This document shows positions 17,619 to 24,000 of a stretch of DNA of 24,000 bases, in pieces (position 1 is the first letter of the stretch; every line of letters begins with the position of its first letter). The stretch lies in contig CAXXHA010000036.1 in NCBI GenBank assembly GCA_963662265.2, forward strand, positions 14,247-38,246, written 5' to 3'. The translations under genes were made by a program, and so were the position numbers. The notes under the pieces are model-generated. The model made no database searches and was not told the DNA's origin. It saw only the letters and a program-made list of their open reading frames with translations. This DNA comes from Spirochaetia bacterium (GTDB lineage: Bacteria > Spirochaetota > Spirochaetia > CADAEX01).

Positions 17619-20600
17619 ATGTATTTATATGATATGAAAAAAACAACTCTTCATGTGATAATGCTTTTTGTCATATTTGGTACAGGAACTGTTTTTCCGC
17701 AGGAAAAGTCCATTTCCAGCTGCAGCGGAGGAATGATTCAGGCAGGGGAGGAAAGGCAATGGGTAAAAGCAGGATTTTCCGGAAATGCTGCAGATGAAGT
17801 ACCTGATTATGAGAACAGATCAATACAGGAAAAATGGTTATCAGTATTTGAATTAAAAGATATTTATGCGGGGGAAAGCAGTGGTAATAAACCTGTTATA
17901 TTCAGGGTGTTTATCCTGGTAACACTGTTTCTTCTGGCAATATTCCTGTTCCAGGGATTTCTTAAAAAGAAAAGCAGCGAAAGTGTTAAATTCGATATAA
18001 GGCGGATGAGAATTACTACTCTTGTGATACTGGCTTTCTGTATGACATGTATTCTTACAATAACAATATATTCAGTCAGAAATATCAGAAATAATGCTGT
18101 AGAAAAAGTGCATGATAATCTTGATGTTGTTCTGTCTACTGTAACTGAAGTTCTTACAAGCTGGATTGACAAAAATCTTACCCAGGTCCGGATGGAAACC
18201 CAGAAAGAAGATTTTGTCTCTCGTGTAAGTAATATAACTGCTGTCCCGTCTGACAGGGAAACATTACTGAAAAGTGAAGAACTCAGGAATTTCCGGGATT
18301 ATTTTTCACGGGAAAATCCGTATTCCTTTTCCGAAGGTTTTTTTATAATATCGGATGACGGGATTAATATTGCGTCACACGATGATGAAAGCATAGGCAG
18401 GGCCAATTTTGTATTTAAAAACCGTCCTGAACTTCTGGAACTCGCATTTCTCGGAAAAAGCATGTTTATTCCCCCTGTTCTCAGAGAAGCAGATGGCTGG
18501 TCTCCCGGTTCATGCAGTCAATCCTGCCTGTTCTATGCTGTTCCTGTTTTAAATTCGGAAAACAATGTTATTGCTGTAATGATACAAAGAGAAGATCCTG
18601 AAAAGGATTTCGGAAGATTCTGCAGGATGGGAAGAATTGGAGAAAGCGGTGAAACCTATGCATTTGACAGAAATGGTTTTATGCTTACAAACAGCCGTTT
18701 TGATGATCAGCTTCTTTCAATAGGTTTGCTGAAAGAGGGATCAGTCAGCGCTCTGAATATACAGCTCAGGGATCCTGGTGTTAATCTGCTTGAGGGGGAA
18801 AACAGCCCTTTAAACAGAGATGATCAGCCGTTTACCTTAATGTTCAGACATGCTTCAAGCAGCGAATTCGGTTATAACATCGAGGGGTACCGCGATTACC
18901 GGGGAGTTGATGTTTTCGGTGCCTGGCGATGGTTTGATGAATATAATTTCGGTATTGCATCGGAAATAGATATTACAGATGCTTTGAGTTCCTATTCCAC
19001 GATACAGACTGCAATTTATATTATCATTGCAATAGCCTTTTTCCTTGCTTCGGGAACAACACTTTTCAGTATTCATACAGGCGAAAGGGCGAATAAGTCG
19101 CTCTCAGAGGCAAATGAAAATCTTGAAAAGAGAGTTGCTATGCGGACTGCAGAACTTTCAGAAGCAAGAAACAAGACAGAGGCAATTCTTGAGGCTTCAA
19201 CAAACGGAATAATCACTATTGACGAAAAAGGGATTATTGAAACTTTCAATCCGGCAGCAGAACATATTTTCGGCTACAGTAAAGATGAAGTTATAGGGCA
19301 GAATGTGAAAATCCTGATGCCTTTGGAGTATTCCGAAAAACATGACGGGTATCTCGGTAATTATATTGATACAGGAATAAAGATGGCTATAGGGCGAAGG
19401 TTTGAAAAAGAGGGACTGCGGAAATCCGGACAGCTGATACCTCTTGAAATAGGCATTAATGAAGTACATCTTAAAGACAGGCGTCTTTTTACTGCAATTA
19501 TGAATGATATTTCCGAGAGGAAAGCTTCTGAAGAAGCTCTTATAACGGCTAAAAGAAACAATGAATTTGCAGCAGAGACAGCAGGTCTTGCCTACTGGGA
19601 ACAGGATTTAACAGAAAAAACATTTACTGTTAATGACAGTTTTTTCAAGCTTGCTGATACAAGTTATGTTAGGGAAGGCTGTTATGTTTATCCTGTCAAT
19701 GAATTCCTTGACCAGTTTGTATATCATGGAGACCTTGACAAGGTTGTTGAAAAATTTTTAGAAGCTGAAAAAACAACATCAGACATTGCAGATCAGTTTG
19801 AATACCGGCTGGTCCTCCGGAGCGGAGGATTCAGGTACGGGTATATGAAATATTTTGTGATTCATGACAGCCATGGAAATGCTGTTAAAATTACAGGAAT
19901 ACATCTTGATATTACAGAAAGAAAAAAAATAGAAATGGAGCTTGCAGAGGCAAAAGAAGCAGCTGAAGCAGCGGCAAAGATAAAGTCTGATTTTCTCGCA
20001 AATATGAGCCATGAAATAAGGACTCCTATGAATGCTATCATCGGGCTGTCCCATCTTATAAGCAAAACAAGGCTTACGAAAAAGCAGGAAGATTATATCC
20101 ATAAAATATTCGGCTCTGCCCACAATCTGCTTGGCATTATAAATGATATTCTGGATTTTTCAAAAATAGAAGCTGGAAAGCTTGCTATGGAATCAGTTGA
20201 TTTTGATCTTAATGAAGTTTTTGATAATCTTGGCAACATGATAGCGGGAAAGGCATATGATAAGAAACTGGAGCTTGTATTTCATGTAAATACAGATGTT
20301 CCTGTGAAACTTGTCGGTGATCCTCTCCGCCTGGGGCAGGTGCTGCTGAACCTTGCAAATAATGCTGTCAAATTCACCGAAGCAGGTGAAATTGCTGTAT
20401 CTGCTGAACTTGTGAATCTTGAAAACAATGAAGCTGAAATAAAATTCATAGTCCGTGATACAGGGATCGGACTCACAGAAGATCAGATGAACACCCTTTT
20501 TCAGGCTTTTTCCCAGGCAGATACTTCAACAACCAGAAAATACGGAGGGACCGGACTGGGGCTTTCGATCAGTAAGAAGCTTTCTGAAATGATGGGCGGC

Positions 20601-22163
20601 CGTATCTGGGTTGAGAGTATATTCGGCGAAGGTTCAACATTTTATTTTACCGGAAAATATAAAGTCAGGCATGTTGAAACACATAAGATTTTTCCGGCAG
20701 GACTCCGCGGTCTTGATGTTCTGATTGCTGATGATAATTCCACCAGCCAGAAAGTTCTACTTGAATATTTGAAGGATTTTGAATTGAATCCTGTTGCGGT
20801 GGATAATGGCACAGAAGCTGTTCAGATAATCAGGAAGAGACTGGAAGATGGAGTTAAGGGGTTTGATCTTGTGCTTCTGGATTTCAGCATGCCTGGTCTT
20901 AATGGATTTCAGACAGCTGAAAAAATAAATGAAATACTGGGTAAGAATGAAAGGCCGAGATATATACTTGTAACAGGATTTGGCCGTGATGAAGTTATCA
21001 ATGGTATTGAAAGATACGGGTTTGAAGGATTCCTTCTGAAACCGGTCAATCAGTCGCTCCTGTTCAATACAATTATGCAGGCTTTCGGCCGTGAAAGAAA
21101 AGATACAGGAAAAACAATAACAGAAAAATTTCCGAACGGCTTTGACAGCATCAGGGGCGCTGAAATACTTCTTGTAGAGGATAATGAAATCAATCAGCAG
21201 GTAGCAAGGGAGGTGCTTGAAAGGGAAGGTTTCTCTGTTGATGTTGCTGATAATGGGGAGATTTCTCTTGAGATGCTGTCTGAAAAAAAATATGACCTGG
21301 TATTGATGGATCTGCAGATGCCTGTAATGGGGGGAGTCGAGGCAACAGGAGAGATCAGGAAGAATGATGAATTTAAAGAACTCCCTGTTATTGCAATGAC
21401 TGCAGATGCAATGTCAGGGGTCAGGGAAATGGTCCTTGAAAAAGGGATGAATGACTATATTACAAAACCTATTGAGCCGTATTTTCTATGGAAAACAATG
21501 GTTAAATGGATTGTGCCGGGAGAAGGGAAATTTTCTGATATCAACAGAATGGAGAGACCTTCTGAGGAAGCAGGGGAAATTCCTGAAATTGATGGGCTTG
21601 ATATCAATTCCGGATTAAACCGGATGTCCGGTAATTTCGAGCTTTATAAAAATCTTCTGATAAAGTTTTTCAGGGAATATACAGATTTAAGCATGATAAT
21701 TTCTGAAGATGCGGAAAACGGCCGAACAGATGATGCTGTAAGGACTGCCCATTCTGTTAAGGGGGTGTCTGGTAATCTTGGCGCGACAAAGATCCAGGTT
21801 AAAATGGCTGATATCGAGAACAAGCTTAAAAACAGTAAAGATTACAGAGACGATCTTTCTGAGGCTGAATCAATGATTCGTAATCTCGCTGAAAAGGCTG
21901 AAAAAGCAGGGCTTCTTGAAAACCAGGAGGAGCCTTCAGATAAAAGTATGGAGATTTCCAGGGAAGAGCTTACTGCCAGGCTGACAATAGCTGTCGACTC
22001 TCTTTCAAGGAGAAAGCCCAGGACTGCTATTACTGTGCTTGAAGAGCTGGGAAAGTGTGATTTTGACAAAGAAACCGGGGAAAAACTATCTGAAGCAAGG
22101 ACTCTTCTTGCAAGATACAGGATGAAAGAGGCTTCAGAGCTGCTCAGGGGTATAATAGGCTAG
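17619..22163 (+). CDS. Membrane-bound hybrid histidine kinase: signal/TM - dCache-like sensor - TM - PAS - PAS - HisKA - HATPase - REC - REC - Hpt
   Basis: 1514 aa. N-terminal hydrophobic segments, extracytoplasmic sensor bounded by TMs (TTLVILAFCMTCILTITIY .. IQTAIYIIIAIAFFLASGTTLF), PAS (ILEASTNGIITIDEKGIIETFNPAAEHIFGYSKDEVIG), PAC-like [93 protein letters not shown], Hpt TAHSVKGVSGNLG. An internal start at 17634 (MKKTTLHV) is possible. Confidence 0.94.
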   Translation: MYLYDMKKTTLHVIMLFVIFGTGTVFPQEKSISSCSGGMIQAGEERQWVKAGFSGNAADEVPDYENRSIQEKWLSVFELKDIYAGESSGNKPVIFRVFILVTLFLLAIFLFQGFLKKKSSESVKFDIRRMRITTLVILAFCMTCILTITIYSVRNIRNNAVEKVHDNLDVVLSTVTEVLTSWIDKNLTQVRMETQKEDFVSRVSNITAVPSDRETLLKSEELRNFRDYFSRENPYSFSEGFFIISDDGINIASHDDESIGRANFVFKNRPELLELAFLGKSMFIPPVLREADGWSPGSCSQSCLFYAVPVLNSENNVIAVMIQREDPEKDFGRFCRMGRIGESGETYAFDRNGFMLTNSRFDDQLLSIGLLKEGSVSALNIQLRDPGVNLLEGENSPLNRDDQPFTLMFRHASSSEFGYNIEGYRDYRGVDVFGAWRWFDEYNFGIASEIDITDALSSYSTIQTAIYIIIAIAFFLASGTTLFSIHTGERANKSLSEANENLEKRVAMRTAELSEARNKTEAILEASTNGIITIDEKGIIETFNPAAEHIFGYSKDEVIGQNVKILMPLEYSEKHDGYLGNYIDTGIKMAIGRRFEKEGLRKSGQLIPLEIGINEVHLKDRRLFTAIMNDISERKASEEALITAKRNNEFAAETAGLAYWEQDLTEKTFTVNDSFFKLADTSYVREGCYVYPVNEFLDQFVYHGDLDKVVEKFLEAEKTTSDIADQFEYRLVLRSGGFRYGYMKYFVIHDSHGNAVKITGIHLDITERKKIEMELAEAKEAAEAAAKIKSDFLANMSHEIRTPMNAIIGLSHLISKTRLTKKQEDYIHKIFGSAHNLLGIINDILDFSKIEAGKLAMESVDFDLNEVFDNLGNMIAGKAYDKKLELVFHVNTDVPVKLVGDPLRLGQVLLNLANNAVKFTEAGEIAVSAELVNLENNEAEIKFIVRDTGIGLTEDQMNTLFQAFSQADTSTTRKYGGTGLGLSISKKLSEMMGGRIWVESIFGEGSTFYFTGKYKVRHVETHKIFPAGLRGLDVLIADDNSTSQKVLLEYLKDFELNPVAVDNGTEAVQIIRKRLEDGVKGFDLVLLDFSMPGLNGFQTAEKINEILGKNERPRYILVTGFGRDEVINGIERYGFEGFLLKPVNQSLLFNTIMQAFGRERKDTGKTITEKFPNGFDSIRGAEILLVEDNEINQQVAREVLEREGFSVDVADNGEISLEMLSEKKYDLVLMDLQMPVMGGVEATGEIRKNDEFKELPVIAMTADAMSGVREMVLEKGMNDYITKPIEPYFLWKTMVKWIVPGEGKFSDINRMERPSEEAGEIPEIDGLDINSGLNRMSGNFELYKNLLIKFFREYTDLSMIISEDAENGRTDDAVRTAHSVKGVSGNLGATKIQVKMADIENKLKNSKDYRDDLSEAESMIRNLAEKAEKAGLLENQEEPSDKSMEISREELTARLTIAVDSLSRRKPRTAITVLEELGKCDFDKETGEKLSEARTLLARYRMKEASELLRGIIG

Positions 22164-22224
22164 AGAAACTGGTATTAAAATACAATAAAAATCGGGGAAG
22201 CAGTTGATCCAGAAAGGATGAATT

Positions 22225-22575
22225 ATGATTTTAATAGTAGATGATACACCTTCTAATATTGATATTGTCATGGAAATAATAGGTGAAATTGATGATGTTG
22301 CTGTTGCTCTTGACGGAGAAGAAGCACTAGAAATTATCAAAGAGGATATTCCCGATATTGTTCTTCTTGATATTGTAATGCCTGGAATAGATGGTTTTGA
22401 AGTATGCAGAAGAATTAAGGGAAATCCTGATACGGAAAAAATAGCTGTAATATTTCTTTCGGGAGATGGGGCTGAAGAGGAGAAGTCAAAAGCCGGAGAA
22501 ATTGGAGCCTCCGGTTTTCTTGAAAAGCCGATTGATCCTGAAAAACTGCTTGCAGCAGTAAAAGCTTTTATATGA
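22225..22575 (+). CDS. Single-domain response regulator (CheY-like receiver)
   Basis: 116 aa: MILIVDDTPSNIDIVMEIIG..DIVLLDIVMPGIDGFEVCRRIK..VIFLSGDG..GASGFLEKPIDPEKLL. Upstream RBS aaaggatga. Confidence 0.93.
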   Translation: MILIVDDTPSNIDIVMEIIGEIDDVAVALDGEEALEIIKEDIPDIVLLDIVMPGIDGFEVCRRIKGNPDTEKIAVIFLSGDGAEEEKSKAGEIGASGFLEKPIDPEKLLAAVKAFI

Positions 22576-22650
22576 AAAGAATATTGAGAAGAGATGCCTG
22601 ATATGTTTTCCAGCTGAGAGTGGAATTCATATATAATTACCATATCATTC

Positions 22651-22679
22651 TTGACTTCTGAAAATCATAATCCTATCCT
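22651..22679 (+). promoter_or_regulatory. Candidate sigma70-like promoter upstream of the PhnD-like lipoprotein gene
   Basis: TTGACT (22651-22656), 17-nt spacer, TATCCT (22674-22679), 38 nt upstream of ATG 22718, in the intergenic gap after the lone REC gene. Confidence 0.4.
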
Positions 22680-22717
22680 TAAATTTAACTGTAAAATAAT
22701 TAAAAAAGGGTTGTTGA

Positions 22718-23677
22718 ATGCCGGTTCTGTTTAAATCTAAATACTGCATTATTTGTCTTCTAGTAATTCTCACCTGTACTGTGCTGCTTTCAGGATGTTT
22801 TTCAGAATCCGGAAAAAAAGAAGCGGAAAAAGATGCCGGGTTAAACAGCCCGGTTTATTCTGATTCCGTAAGCGGCAAAAAACTTGTGATAGGTGATGTT
22901 TCAGATGAGCCTACTAAAAAAATAAGAAGGTATCAGCCTTTTGCTGAATATATTGTTTCAGAAGACAGAATTCCCGGATACGGCATCGGAGAAGTATATG
23001 TAACAGATTCACTGGAAAAAATGACAGAGGAATTTGAAAAAGGCAATGTCCACATAATTATTGAGGGAGCTTACAATGCCCTGAAAATAGCTGATAAGGC
23101 AGGGGCCTGCCGGATACTTCTGAACAACAAGGAGGGGCTGATATTTTTCAAAAGTTATTTTATAGCACTCAAAGATTCTCCCTGCAGCAGCCTTGAAGAT
23201 CTGGGCGGTAAAACACTGGCTCTTGAAGATACCGAGTCCACATCAGGTTATTTCCTGCCGATTCTTGAACTTCAGAAAAACAATTTCAATGTTTCCGGTT
23301 TGAACGGAAATAATGAATATCTCAAGACAGTACTATCAGGCGAGGATGAAATAATTATTCAGGATCTTTTTGACATGAGGGCGGATGCCGGGGTGTATTC
23401 TGAATATGATTTCGAAGAACTTAATAAAAATGTCAGGGAAAAGCTTAAAGTCATACATGTTACAGAAGCGCTTCCGCGGAGTCTTCTTATTCTTTCCCCT
23501 GCATTGAGTAAATCCGACTGTGAAAGGATTTCTGATACCTTACTTGAGTTGAGTAATTCTGAACAGGGAAAATCCATGCTTGAACATATCAACTCTGATG
23601 GTTTTTATTCTGTCAGGGATTTCAGCATTGCGGAAAATAATCTTGATTTATTAATGGAAAAAGCCGGTGAAATATGA
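22718..23677 (+). CDS. PhnD/SsuA/transferrin-like periplasmic binding lipoprotein
   Basis: 319 aa. Signal peptide and lipobox VLLSGC, then KLVIGDVSDEPTKKIRRYQPFAEYIVS, EKGNVHIIIEGAYNALKI, FFKSYFIALKDSPCSSLEDLGGKTLALEDTESTSGYFLPILEL, which resembles PhnD-type folds. Confidence 0.8.
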   Translation: MPVLFKSKYCIICLLVILTCTVLLSGCFSESGKKEAEKDAGLNSPVYSDSVSGKKLVIGDVSDEPTKKIRRYQPFAEYIVSEDRIPGYGIGEVYVTDSLEKMTEEFEKGNVHIIIEGAYNALKIADKAGACRILLNNKEGLIFFKSYFIALKDSPCSSLEDLGGKTLALEDTESTSGYFLPILELQKNNFNVSGLNGNNEYLKTVLSGEDEIIIQDLFDMRADAGVYSEYDFEELNKNVREKLKVIHVTEALPRSLLILSPALSKSDCERISDTLLELSNSEQGKSMLEHINSDGFYSVRDFSIAENNLDLLMEKAGEI

Positions 23678-24000
23678 ATTAAGAAAATGGATAAGCAATA
23701 AATACAACTCATTCCAGTACAGGGTACTGATGATCTTTTTTTCTGTACTGATGCCTGTCATGATGGTGATATTTATAATTACTGCCGCAAACGAGGTGAG
23801 TTTTTACAACAATTATATCAATGAGACAGGGCATTTTTTTGCAGATGTAATAGAAAACAGTATCAGCGACAGCCTCTATTTCAAGGAATATTTCAGGATA
23901 GGGGATATTTTTGACAAAACAGTTATGAATTCGGACTACACATCCTGCAGAATTTACGACAGAAGAGGTATTCTTATTGCCAACAGCAATAATGATATTT
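23667..24000 (+). CDS. N-terminus of a membrane-anchored, probably sensory, protein (partial; not in the ORF track)
   Basis: Frame open from GTG 23667 (VKYELRKWISNKYNSFQYRVLMIFFSVLMPVMMVIFIITAANEVSFYNNYINETGHFFADVIENSISDSLYFKEYFRIGDIFDKTVMNSDYTSCRIYDRRGILIANSNNDI) to the window end. One TM helix followed by a Cache-like extracytoplasmic start. Start codon uncertain (GTG 23667 or ATG 23730). Confidence 0.65.
   Translation, partial: MKYELRKWISNKYNSFQYRVLMIFFSVLMPVMMVIFIITAANEVSFYNNYINETGHFFADVIENSISDSLYFKEYFRIGDIFDKTVMNSDYTSCRIYDRRGILIANSNNDI

Noticed and set aside
22134-22643. 169-aa minus-strand ORF
   Set aside because: Antisense to the REC gene. Ser/Ile-rich translation is typical of the complement of acidic/Ile-rich codons, and no motif was seen.
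1-24000. tRNA/rRNA genes, CRISPR arrays, transposases, integrases, toxin-antitoxin or phage-defence genes
   Set aside because: Looked for characteristic repeats, T-loop-like sequences and mobile-element motifs. None was convincing. The GHKL/STAS/PP2C cluster is better explained as a stressosome than as defence.

Overview
The window encodes an M20-family peptidase, an SH3-like lipoprotein overlapping an ABC-F ATPase gene, a rhomboid protease, a full-length pyruvate carboxylase with its own terminator, and then a ~14 kb signalling island (about 9963-24000). The core of the island is a minus-strand, tightly packed or overlapping operon that reads as a Gram-negative-style stressosome wired to a two-component output: rsbR (PAS+STAS, 14880-14080) -> rsbS (STAS, 14078-13680) -> rsbT (GHKL kinase, 13687-13262) -> rsbX (PP2C phosphatase, 13261-12677) -> hybrid histidine kinase (HK-REC-REC-Hpt, 12680-9963). 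On the opposite strand are two tandem REC-HD-GYP proteins, a second, membrane-bound hybrid kinase (dCache-PAS-PAS-HK-REC-REC-Hpt), a lone receiver, a PhnD-like lipoprotein and a truncated membrane protein running off the window. The most notable signals are: (i) the N-terminus of the operon's hybrid kinase looks like a degenerate RsbT domain, without the N-box Asn or the ATP-binding glycines; (ii) the RsbS residue equivalent to the canonical phosphoacceptor Ser59 is Arg59; (iii) RsbR carries a PAS domain with a Cx8Cx4C cysteine motif; (iv) the adjacent candidate outputs are HD-GYP (c-di-GMP phosphodiesterase type), with no sigma-B/RsbU/V/W. All homology calls were made by reading motifs, with no database search.
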